Positions 1-8,144 of a stretch of 32,000 nt of DNA are shown here, piece after piece. Under the pieces are notes generated by a model. It did no database searches. It was given only the letters and a program-made list of their open reading frames with translations, and was not told the origin of the DNA. How positions within the stretch are numbered: position 1 is the first letter of the stretch; the number at the start of each line of letters is the position of its first letter. The DNA lies in assembly GCA_965250005.1 (NCBI GenBank), contig OZ252279.1:1560001-1592000 (forward strand), given 5' to 3'. Both the position numbers and the translations under genes were made by a program. This stretch comes from Demequinaceae bacterium. Its GTDB lineage: Bacteria > Actinomycetota > Actinomycetes > Actinomycetales > Demequinaceae.

Positions 1-357
1 CGGCAGTGCGGACGGCATCGAGCAATGTCTCAGGCGCTGCGGACTTGCGGATAAGTCCAAGTGCGCCCGAACGTGCGGCCTGTTGGATTAGCCGGCGATC
101 CTCCGCGCCGGTGTAAACGAGCACTTCCGCGCCGAGGGCGTGAATTGCCGCCACGTTCTCCTCGGGCGAGGACCCGTCGTTCAGGCGCAAATCGAGGACT
201 ACGAGGTCGAGTTTGTTTGCGAACGACGAGAGTTCCTCGACGGTCTCTGCCAATCTCGCCAAATCCAGGTCTGGCGCGGTGGCAATGAGGTCCTGAAACC
301 CGCGGGAGATCAGCGCGTGATCCTCTACCAGCGCGATCTTCTTGTGTTCGCCCATAG
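1..357 (-). CDS. Response regulator receiver domain protein (partial, C-terminus beyond window start)
   Basis: Reverse strand from ATG at 357 reads MGEHKKIALVEDHALISRGFQDLIATAPDLDLARLAETVEELSSFANKLDLVVLDLRLNDGSSPEENVAAIHALGAEVLVYTG..., with the receiver-domain pattern VEDH...VVLDLRLNDG. Confidence 0.85.
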
Positions 358-540
358 TCGTCCTCGATTCGTCCTTCTACACGCTACCGTTGGCGGTCGG
401 CAACCGCTCGGGTTTCGGCGCCCCTTTTTGTGGCGGTGGATGTGGGATTCGTCGCCGGTCGCCCCGCGGCGCGCGATATGTTCGCTTGGCGCTAGCCTGG
501 TGCCAAGGACTCTTCCCGACTAACTGCCCCGGAGATGCTC

Positions 541-987
541 ATGCGATTGCCCAAGCCCCTTGGTGGCGTGGTTGCCGGCGCGCTCGCCCTCGCTAGTTGC
601 GCGCCCCCACCCTCGGTGGACTTGCTGGTACCAGGTGACTGCTTTGACTACTCGGAACTCACCGAGGGGATCGTCGGGATTCCTCCCGTCGACTGTTCAG
701 TCCCGCACGAAGCCGAGGTCTACCTGATTTTTGACCTCGAGGGTGTCAGTGAGGCCGACTACCTTGACGAATACGACGAGGACGATATCAACAGGCTCTC
801 CCAGGACGCGTGCCTTGCCGCGTTCCCCGATTACGTCGGTATCGATTACTGGGAGTCTGAGTATTACTACCTGTGGTTGTCGCCCACGCCGGAGGGCTGG
901 GCGGAGGGAGAAAGGGAAGTAGTCTGCTTCCTCGTTCCCGAACTTGGAGTGATGCTTACGGAATCACTCCAAGGGGCAGCGGGCTAG
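541..987 (+). CDS. Putative lipoprotein / septum-formation-like small secreted protein
   Basis: MRLPKPLGGVVAGALALASCAPPPSV... is a signal peptide with a Cys lipobox. The pattern GDCFDY...VDCSVPHEAEVYLIF resembles septum-formation-like domains. ATG 541 with upstream GGAG is preferred over ATG 535. Confidence 0.65.
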   Translation: MRLPKPLGGVVAGALALASCAPPPSVDLLVPGDCFDYSELTEGIVGIPPVDCSVPHEAEVYLIFDLEGVSEADYLDEYDEDDINRLSQDACLAAFPDYVGIDYWESEYYYLWLSPTPEGWAEGEREVVCFLVPELGVMLTESLQGAAG

Positions 988-990
988 CGC

Positions 991-1602
991 CTAGTCCACG
1001 AACGTGACGGTGCCCGCAACAAATGAACCGACCATGCTGGCGTCGCGATAGACGACGCATACGCCTTCCATTTCACCGAAGTTCCACGAGCCCGCAGTAG
1101 GGACCCACGCAACCCAACGCACGCCGTTGTTCCAGTCGTTCGGCTGGAACATCGATTCGACGTCGAAGCCGGGCTGCACTACGCCGCCGCAGTACCCCAT
1201 GAGCTCAGTGGTGACTTGGTCCCGGCCCGGGAACGCGTCACCAGAGAATGAGTAGGACGCTACGACCTCGGCACGATGAGGCACGGAACACGGTAGGGCG
1301 TTGACCTGCGCAACGGAACCGTCTCCCGGAATGTTCTCGAGACACATTCCTGGGTCTGCCTGGATAGCGTTGATCAGCTCGCCGTTAGCGTCGGTAATGG
1401 TGAGGGTTGCCGTTCCCGTGGACCGGCCCCAACTGACTCCGACCACCCCGACGAGCATTAGCAGCAGGCTAACGGCACCGAGAGCGATCCAAACCTTGGA
1501 GTACGACGTGCGGGGCGGTGCGTCTGGCTGCCGTCCCGGAGCCCGGTAGGGCTCGGGATAGACGCTCTCGCGCGAAGGTGGGCTCTGGCCGTCGAAACTC
1601 AT
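991..1602 (-). CDS. Membrane-anchored septum-formation-family-like protein
   Basis: ORF 203 aa, Pro-rich cytoplasmic N-terminus, one TM helix (VWIALGAVSLLLMLVGVVGVSW), then CLENI..VNALPCSVPHRAEVVASYSF, similar to the Cys/His pattern of the neighbouring lipoprotein. TACCGT -10 sits 6 nt upstream of ATG. Confidence 0.65.
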   Translation of the reverse strand: MSFDGQSPPSRESVYPEPYRAPGRQPDAPPRTSYSKVWIALGAVSLLLMLVGVVGVSWGRSTGTATLTITDANGELINAIQADPGMCLENIPGDGSVAQVNALPCSVPHRAEVVASYSFSGDAFPGRDQVTTELMGYCGGVVQPGFDVESMFQPNDWNNGVRWVAWVPTAGSWNFGEMEGVCVVYRDASMVGSFVAGTVTFVD

Positions 1603-2414
1603 GTCTCCACGGTACCGGTGCCGTCAGCGATGTCCACCACGACAGGTGCGTGATCCGAGGCGCCCTTTCCCTTTCGCTCGTCCCGGTCGATGGACGCCGC
1701 GATCGCACGGGGGGATAGAGCAGGGGAGGCGTACGCGAAATCGATACGCATCCCCTCTGCACGGGGAAAGCGGAGTTGCTTGTAGTCCCAGAACGTGTAC
1801 GTATGATCCTCGGGAAGGTAGCGGCGTGTGAGCTCCTCGAACCCCGCCTTCTCAAAGTCGTGGAACGCCGCGCGCGCCTCGGCGGTCACATGAGTCTGGG
1901 CTTCGGAGTCTTCAACGCTCCACATGTCCGCATCGCGCGGCGCCACATTCCAGTCGCCGACGAGCGCCACGGCCTCACCCGCGTCCGCCCACTCGCCAGC
2001 AGCCGCACGCAGGCGCCGAAGGAACTCCAGCTTGTAGGCGTAATGAGGGTCGGCTAGCCCGCGACCGTTGGGTACGTACAGGCTCCACACCCTCACCCCG
2101 CCGCAGGTCGCACCCATCGCGCGCGCCTCAATAACCTCTTCTTGGCCGGGCTTGCCGAATGACGGCTGGCCGGGAAAGTCGCGGACTACATGGTCCAAGC
2201 CCACTCGTGACGCGATCGCGACGCCGTTCCACTGATTGAGACCGTGGACCTCGACCTCGTAGCCAGCTAGTACGAACGGTTCGTACGGAAACTGATCTGG
2301 TTTGCACTTAATCTCCTGCATGGCCAGGACGTCGGTGTCACTCTTCTCGAGCCACGCGAGCACCCGCTCCTGGCGGGCGCGAATGGAGTTGACGTTCCAG
2401 GTGGCGAGGCGCAT
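1599..2414 (-). CDS. xthA: Exodeoxyribonuclease III
   Basis: MRLATWNVNSIRARQERVLAWLEKSDTDVLAMQEIK...ALVGDWNVAP...FDYKQLRFPRAEGMRIDFAYAS...ASDHAPVVVDI, with classic endonuclease/exonuclease/phosphatase motifs. Confidence 0.93.
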   Translation of the reverse strand: MRLATWNVNSIRARQERVLAWLEKSDTDVLAMQEIKCKPDQFPYEPFVLAGYEVEVHGLNQWNGVAIASRVGLDHVVRDFPGQPSFGKPGQEEVIEARAMGATCGGVRVWSLYVPNGRGLADPHYAYKLEFLRRLRAAAGEWADAGEAVALVGDWNVAPRDADMWSVEDSEAQTHVTAEARAAFHDFEKAGFEELTRRYLPEDHTYTFWDYKQLRFPRAEGMRIDFAYASPALSPRAIAASIDRDERKGKGASDHAPVVVDIADGTGTVET

Positions 2415-2451
2415 TCCCCCACGCTACCCGCGGTGGTCGTAGCCTGGGTTC

Positions 2452-3201
2452 ATGGCAACAGCACTGGTAACCGGAGCGAGCTCTGGCCTTGGGGCGGAAT
2501 TTGCTTGGCAACTTGGCAAGGCGGGTCACGACGTCGTTCTCGTCGCGCGCAATCACGCTCGGCTGGGAGAGGTGGCGGAAGAGGTGCGCAACGGCGCCGG
2601 CGTTCAGGCGGAAATCCTGGTGGCAGACCTCAGCGTTCGCAAAGATCTGGACGCCGTCGCCGCCCGACTTCGGGACGACAAGCGCCCCGTCGGGTTGTTG
2701 GTGAATAACGCCGGCTTTGGATTGGGTGAACCATTCGTCACCTCCGAGATTGCGCTGCAGGAAAACGCGCTCGATGTCATGGTCAAGGCAGTCATGGTGC
2801 TGTCCCACGCGGCCGCCGGCGCGATGGTCGCGCGGGGTCGAGGCGCCGTCCTCAACGTCTCGTCGATAGCATCGAGCATCGCGAGGGGGCCGTATTCGGC
2901 GCACAAGGCGTGGGTGGTGACCTTCACCGAAGCCCTTTCCACGGAACTCAAGGGGACCGGGGTCACGGCGACGGTCACTCGACCAGGGCTGGTGCGGACG
3001 GAATTCCAGGAGCGCGCGGGAATGGACCTATCTGCTCTTCCTGCGGCGGTGTGGATCGAAGCTGAGTCGGTTGTCGCCGCCTCGCTCGCGGCGGTTAGGC
3101 GCGGCCAGGTGGTGGTCACCCCGAGCGCGCGTTACGCCGTAGGTTCGAGCCTCGCAAAGGCCATTCCGCGTTCCCTGCTCCGCCGCATCACGTCCCGATA
3201 G
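2452..3201 (+). CDS. SDR family NAD(P)-dependent oxidoreductase
   Basis: TGASSGLGAEFAWQLG cofactor motif, NNAG, and an SxxxY-K-like segment (SSIASSIARGPYSAHKAWVVTFTEAL). Confidence 0.9.
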   Translation: MATALVTGASSGLGAEFAWQLGKAGHDVVLVARNHARLGEVAEEVRNGAGVQAEILVADLSVRKDLDAVAARLRDDKRPVGLLVNNAGFGLGEPFVTSEIALQENALDVMVKAVMVLSHAAAGAMVARGRGAVLNVSSIASSIARGPYSAHKAWVVTFTEALSTELKGTGVTATVTRPGLVRTEFQERAGMDLSALPAAVWIEAESVVAASLAAVRRGQVVVTPSARYAVGSSLAKAIPRSLLRRITSR

Positions 3202-3210
3202 GGTAGGCGC

Positions 3211-3777
3211 ATGACCGTCACCACCCCGCGTGAGCAGTTGCGTGATCTCATCAAGAAACGTGCCGTTGTGCATGGCCGCATCACGCTGTCGTCGGGCGAT
3301 CAAGCGGACTACTATGTTGATTTGCGGCGGATTACCCTCCACCACCGGGCAGGCCCGCTCGTGGGGCACGTCATGCTCGATGCGCTCGAAGAGGCGGGAT
3401 ACGGCCCGGCGGACGTGGATGCGATCGGTGGCTTGACCCTCGGCGCCGATCCTGTCGCAACCGCCGTGATGCATGCGGCTGCGTCACGCGGTCTCGATAT
3501 CGACGCATTCGTGGTGCGTAAAGAGGCCAAGGCTCATGGTTTGCAACGTCGTATCGAAGGCCCAGATGTCGAAGGCCGGCGCGTCGTCGCAGTAGAGGAC
3601 ACTTCGACAACGGGCGGCTCCGTCATGACCGCGGTCGACGCCTTGCGCGAGGCGGGTGCGAACGTGGTTGCCGTTGCGCAAATCGTGGATCGCGACACCG
3701 GTGCTCGGGAGAAGATCGAAGCCGCCGGCCTGCCCTACTTGTACCTGTTCGGGCTCGCGGATTTGGGACTCGAGTAG
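3211..3777 (+). CDS. pyrE: Orotate phosphoribosyltransferase
   Basis: LSSGDQADYYVDLRRITLHHRAGPLVG...IGGLTLGADPVATAV...VRKEAKAHG...RRVVAVEDTSTTGGSVMTAVDALREAG (PRPP-binding motif). Confidence 0.93.
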   Translation: MTVTTPREQLRDLIKKRAVVHGRITLSSGDQADYYVDLRRITLHHRAGPLVGHVMLDALEEAGYGPADVDAIGGLTLGADPVATAVMHAAASRGLDIDAFVVRKEAKAHGLQRRIEGPDVEGRRVVAVEDTSTTGGSVMTAVDALREAGANVVAVAQIVDRDTGAREKIEAAGLPYLYLFGLADLGLE

Positions 3778-3779
3778 CC

Positions 3780-4799
3780 ATGCACGTATTCAGTGCGCGA
3801 AACGTCATGGGCAGTGTCGTGGCCGTGTTTGGCGGGCTCGCGTGGTTTGCCTTCGAGTTCGACCTCTTCAGTTTCTTCGGCTTGTGGCCGTACATCATCA
3901 TTGGGGTGGGCCTCCTCGCGTTCGTCTCATGGTGGGGGTACGACGCTTACCGAGCCCGCAAACACCAGGTAGCAATGCGGGATTTCGCCCTGATGCACGG
4001 GTGGACCTACCAGAAGCGAAGTTCGGTCTGGGCCCGCAAGATGCGATCTTTTCCGTTTGGCCAGGGCACGCACCGGCGTGATCTTGCGGTATTGAGCGGC
4101 ACCTTTAACAAGATGCCATGTGCGACATTCGTTCACGAGTACGAAACGCGGACGGACGAACGTAAGTCGGCCACGCAAGTGTGGCAGGTCACCGCGATTT
4201 CGCTTCCTTTCCCACTCGCGACCGTTGACATCATTCCCGACGACATGGTTGCGAAGGTGGCCAAGTTGCTCGGCGGTCAAGACATTGACTTTGAGTCCGC
4301 GGAGTTCAACGCAAAGTGGCGAGTCAAGGCCGGAAACTCCAAGTACGCCCATGACATCGTGCACCCGCGAATGATGGAGCGCCTCAACAAGTACGACGCG
4401 CGGGGGCTGGCAATCCGGGTCGAGGGCGACGTCGTCCTCGCGTGGCAGGCGGGGCGTCAGCCGAACGACTCGCTCGCGCGCCGGCTGGGAGTGTTGACCT
4501 CGGTCGCGCGGCTCATACCTGAGTTCGTCTATCGTGAGTTCGCAGCGATTCACGTCCGGGCCGACGAGCGAATCTCCGAGGCGGAGTCAGATGCGCCAGA
4601 GTGGGCCCGCAGCACCACGGCGCTGGTTGACGGCAAGTACAACGCGGAGCTCGCTGATCCCAAGTATGACAAGAAGCTTGAGCCGCGAAACACGGCCGCC
4701 AAGCTGGATAAAGGATCTATGGTGAGCCTATTTCCCGAGGGGTTCTTTACGGGCGGCGTCGACGGCCTTGGCGGCATCGCCTCCGGCTGGGATAACTAG
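3780..4799 (+). CDS. Membrane-anchored hypothetical protein, paralogue A of the lemA-associated family
   Basis: 339 aa with hydrophobic N-terminal helices. Shared family motifs PFGQGTHRRDLAVLSGTF, HEYETRTD, VTAISLPFPL, DIDFESAEFNAKWRV, HPRMMERL, LIPEFVY. Confidence 0.75.
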   Translation: MHVFSARNVMGSVVAVFGGLAWFAFEFDLFSFFGLWPYIIIGVGLLAFVSWWGYDAYRARKHQVAMRDFALMHGWTYQKRSSVWARKMRSFPFGQGTHRRDLAVLSGTFNKMPCATFVHEYETRTDERKSATQVWQVTAISLPFPLATVDIIPDDMVAKVAKLLGGQDIDFESAEFNAKWRVKAGNSKYAHDIVHPRMMERLNKYDARGLAIRVEGDVVLAWQAGRQPNDSLARRLGVLTSVARLIPEFVYREFAAIHVRADERISEAESDAPEWARSTTALVDGKYNAELADPKYDKKLEPRNTAAKLDKGSMVSLFPEGFFTGGVDGLGGIASGWDN

Positions 4800-4811
4800 G
4801 GCCCGAGGACC

Positions 4812-4961
4812 ATGAACCGCTTGCCTCTGAAGATCGTCACGTCGGTCCAGTCCATTGCACTCGTTCTCGACGCCTTCGCGCACAGGGTGAACGTTCCTGC
4901 GGGTGCGGCCCGGCTCAATCCCCATCACCTGTGGCGCCAATACGGCGCAGTGAGCAGGTAG
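4812..4961 (+). CDS. Possible small protein (49 aa), hypothetical
   Basis: Open ATG..TAG frame MNRLPLKIVTSVQSIALVLDAFAHRVNVPAGAARLNPHHLWRQYGAVSR filling the gap between two paralogous genes. Too short to be in the supplied ORF track. Confidence 0.3.
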   Translation: MNRLPLKIVTSVQSIALVLDAFAHRVNVPAGAARLNPHHLWRQYGAVSR

Positions 4962-4967
4962 CCGCAC

Positions 4968-5726
4968 ATGCGATTTCGAGTGAGCGGAATCAACGTTGCG
5001 TTGGCCGTTCTGACGGCTGCGGCGGGGATTGGCGTACTGGTGTTTTTTCCGGACGCCCCGAACGTCATGAAGGGATTGGCCATTGTCGGCGTCGCTGCCA
5101 TTGCGCTGGCGATCGCCCTCACTGTTCGGTACGCCCTTACGCGCGACTTCCAGCGCCTAGCCATGTGGGCTGGACTACGTGGCTGGACGTTCTCAGGTAG
5201 CGATGCAAGTCTTCGCGAACGCTTTCACGTGTACCCATTCGGGTCGGGGATTGGTGGCCGCGTAGATAACGTGTTGCGCGGCACGTATCGGTTCCATGAA
5301 TGTGTGACCTTCACCTACTCGACCGCCAAGCCCGCGCCGCAGTTCTACCAGGTGACCCTTGTCGAGCTCGATGCGGACATCCCCGCCTTCGAACTTCTGC
5401 CCGAAGACGCGATCGCTGCTGCCGCAAAGCTCGTGGGCGGACAGGACCTCAAGGTTGGAGACAAGACCTTTGACGACCGATGGCGGATCAGTGCGATGGA
5501 CCCAGACTTCGTCATGAAGATTCTGAACTCGCGGCTGCGGCATCGTCTCGATCGAAAGGACATCCACGGCATGCCCATCGCGGGAGACGGGCGCGCGATC
5601 CTCACCTGGCAGGCGGGACCAGCTGGGGTGCGACGGATGAGTCATCGACTCGACGTCCTGATCGCGGTTGCCGAAGCTATCCCTGACGAACTGTGGAAGG
5701 TTGTCGCTGCGCCGCGACGGTTCTGA
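4968..5726 (+). CDS. Membrane-anchored hypothetical protein, paralogue B of the lemA-associated family
   Basis: Two N-terminal hydrophobic helices, then HVYPFGSG...DNVLRGTYRFHECVTFTYS...YQVTLVELDADIP...DLKVGDKTFDDRWRI..., collinear with paralogues A and C. Confidence 0.75.
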   Translation: MRFRVSGINVALAVLTAAAGIGVLVFFPDAPNVMKGLAIVGVAAIALAIALTVRYALTRDFQRLAMWAGLRGWTFSGSDASLRERFHVYPFGSGIGGRVDNVLRGTYRFHECVTFTYSTAKPAPQFYQVTLVELDADIPAFELLPEDAIAAAAKLVGGQDLKVGDKTFDDRWRISAMDPDFVMKILNSRLRHRLDRKDIHGMPIAGDGRAILTWQAGPAGVRRMSHRLDVLIAVAEAIPDELWKVVAAPRRF

Positions 5727-5801
5727 TCCGCGGTTGTAGTGGGCAAAATGCGCGAGTCCCGATAGCATCGGACCAGAAACCATCTCGAAGGAGTCTCAAC
5801 C

Positions 5802-6365
5802 ATGGATCCATTGACACTCGGCATCATTGCGTTCGTCGTGATCGCAGCCCTATGGGCGGTAGGCCAGTACAACGGCCTGGTTAAGCTCCGCAACCTGGTC
5901 CAGGAAGCATGGCGCCAGATCGACGTCGAACTCCAGCGACGCCACGACCTGATCCCCAACCTTGTCGAGACCGTCAAGGCATACGCCAAGCACGAGAAGT
6001 CCACGTTCGAGGCAGTGACCAAGGCACGGACCATGGCCGCCAAGCCTGGCTCCGGCCCCGCCGAGCAGGCTGGTCAAGAGAACATGCTTACCCAGGCACT
6101 CGGGAAGCTGTTCGCTGTAGCCGAGGATTACCCTGAGCTCAAGGCCGACAAGAACTTTCAACAGTTGCAGGCGGAGCTCACCAATACGGAAGACCGCATC
6201 GCCGCTGGCCGTCGCTTCTACAACGCGAACGTGCGCAGCATGAACACTAAGGTCGAGACCTTTCCGACGAACATCATCGCCAACATGTTTGGTTTCAAGC
6301 GCGAAGAGTACTTCGAGACCGAAGACCCGGCCGTCCGCAGCGTTCCCGACGTTTCGTTCGAGTAA
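5802..6365 (+). CDS. lemA: LemA family protein
   Basis: One TM helix, then YNGLVKLRNLVQEAWRQIDVELQRRHDLIPNLVETVKAYAKHEKSTFEAVTKAR...ENMLTQALGKLFAVAEDYPELKADKNFQQLQAELTNTEDRIAAGRRFYNANVRSMNTKVETFPTNIIANMFGFKREEYFE. Confidence 0.97.
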   Translation: MDPLTLGIIAFVVIAALWAVGQYNGLVKLRNLVQEAWRQIDVELQRRHDLIPNLVETVKAYAKHEKSTFEAVTKARTMAAKPGSGPAEQAGQENMLTQALGKLFAVAEDYPELKADKNFQQLQAELTNTEDRIAAGRRFYNANVRSMNTKVETFPTNIIANMFGFKREEYFETEDPAVRSVPDVSFE

Positions 6366-6392
6366 CTGCTCCGGTCCGAGAGGTCCGCAACA

Positions 6393-7394
6393 ATGACTGC
6401 CGGAACTGTCTTCCTGCTCGGGTTCGCGGGTTTTGCGGCGTTGCTCGTATGGCTGGGCGTGAAGTCTTCGAAGGCTTCGAAGGCGCGTCGCGCGACGAAC
6501 GAGAAAGTCCTCAAGGAACGTGGCTGGTCCCTGATTCCCACGGCTCCCGACCTGATCGACGAGGGCAACGCCCACCCGTTCCGCCAGGGCCGAGAGCGAA
6601 ATGCTACCAACGCCATTCGAAGCGGGCACCGCAAGTTCCCGTTCGTCTCATTTGAGTACGCATATGTTGCGGAGAGCAAGGACGACGACGGCAAGGTCCA
6701 CCGCAGCCATGGCAAGTACAACGTCACCTCGATCGAGCTCAAGGGCGCGATCGACCAGATCAAGTTCATGCCTGAGGGCATGTGGGACGGCAAATGGGAC
6801 CTCGATATGGAGTCCGACGACTTCAACAAGAAGTGGAAGGTCCTAGCGAAGGAGAAGCGGCTCGCGCACGCTATCCTCGCGCCCACAGTTATTGCGCTGA
6901 TGGTCGATCCCAAAACGCCCAAGATGCCAATCATCTTTGAGCCTGGACGCTTATGGACCTACCGCTCAGGTAGCCACGACCTGGGCAAACTTGATCGTGC
7001 GCTCGAAACTCTTGTGGGCATCGCAGAGCACATTCCGGCGTTCGTCTACAAGGAGGCCCGCAAGGGCTCCAAACTCGCGAAGTACGTCGAGCCTGCGGCC
7101 CTCGTGGACGATCCGCAGGCCGTCGTTCCGCCGGTCGCTCCGGTGCGCAAACCTGGCAGGGGCGTCGGTGGAACAAACCGGCGATCGGGCGGCGCATCTA
7201 CCGCCGCCGGGAAATCGAGCCGAAGCGTGGGCGGCACCAATCGATCGTTGTCGAACAAGAAGTCGTCCGCCAAACCTAAGGCGGCGTCGAAGGCCAAGCC
7301 GAGCGGCCGCGCTAGGGGCGGCTCGGGCCGGCCAGTTGCACCTAAGTCTGCTGCGCGCAGGTCACGCGGCGGGGCTGCGCCACCCAAGAAGTAG
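6393..7394 (+). CDS. Membrane-anchored hypothetical protein, paralogue C, with basic low-complexity C-terminal tail
   Basis: N-terminal TM helix, family motifs HPFRQGRERNATNAIRSG...FVSFEYAYV...YNVTSIELKGAI...DDFNKKWKVLAKEKRLAHAIL...HIPAFVYKE, then a Lys/Arg/Ser/Gly-rich tail. Confidence 0.75.
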   Translation: MTAGTVFLLGFAGFAALLVWLGVKSSKASKARRATNEKVLKERGWSLIPTAPDLIDEGNAHPFRQGRERNATNAIRSGHRKFPFVSFEYAYVAESKDDDGKVHRSHGKYNVTSIELKGAIDQIKFMPEGMWDGKWDLDMESDDFNKKWKVLAKEKRLAHAILAPTVIALMVDPKTPKMPIIFEPGRLWTYRSGSHDLGKLDRALETLVGIAEHIPAFVYKEARKGSKLAKYVEPAALVDDPQAVVPPVAPVRKPGRGVGGTNRRSGGASTAAGKSSRSVGGTNRSLSNKKSSAKPKAASKAKPSGRARGGSGRPVAPKSAARRSRGGAAPPKK

Positions 7395-7403
7395 GCGGAT
7401 TGC

Positions 7404-8048
7404 CTAGGCATTGGTGGCCTGAAGGCGGTGGCGGATGAACTCGATGATGATGGGAAGTAGCGACACACCTATGACCGTGAAAACTGCGAGCTGGTAGTTG
7501 TCCTTGATGGCCTGAACATTGCCGAGCGAATAGCCGATGAGTGTGACTCCTACGCCCCACACGGCTGCGCCGATCGCATTGAACAGAGTGAAGCGCGGCC
7601 AGGGCATCTTTCCGACGCCAGCCGCGACCGGGATGTACGTGCGCACGAACGGCACGAACTGGCCCATGACGATGGCCCGCCCACCATATTTGTCGAAAAA
7701 TGCGTGGGTCTTGTCGATGTATGCCTTCTTGAAGAAACGCGAGTCTGGACGCTGGAAGATCTGCGGACCGACGATGCGACCTAGCCAATAGCCGATTTGC
7801 GGTCCGAGCAGTGCTGCAAGCCCGGTCACCGTGACAACAACACCGATTGAATAGGGAATGTCGCCGGTCGCGGTGAACACGCCAGCGGTGAAGAGTAGCG
7901 AGTCGCCTGGCAGGAACGGGAATAGCAGTCCGGTCTCGATGATGATGACGGCTGAGATTCCCCATAGGGCCCACGACCCGAACCAGGAGATGAGGTTTTC
8001 TGGGTCGAGCCACGACGGCCCGAACGCGGGAAGGGTGCTGTTGATCAT
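7404..8048 (-). CDS. DedA family membrane protein
   Basis: FPFLPGDSLLFTAGVFTATG...ALLGPQIGYWLGRIVG...KKAYIDKTHAFFDKYGGRAIVMGQFVPFVRTYIPVAAGVGKMPWPRFTLFNAIGAAVWGVG. Confidence 0.93.
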   Translation of the reverse strand: MINSTLPAFGPSWLDPENLISWFGSWALWGISAVIIIETGLLFPFLPGDSLLFTAGVFTATGDIPYSIGVVVTVTGLAALLGPQIGYWLGRIVGPQIFQRPDSRFFKKAYIDKTHAFFDKYGGRAIVMGQFVPFVRTYIPVAAGVGKMPWPRFTLFNAIGAAVWGVGVTLIGYSLGNVQAIKDNYQLAVFTVIGVSLLPIIIEFIRHRLQATNA

Positions 8049-8144
8049 CGAGCCAGCCTAGGGCCTGTCTTGGCAGTTGTGCGCATTGTGGTCCGATCGG
8101 CCAGGCAGGTGAGAGTGAACGGCAGGCGGCGATACGATCACGGT

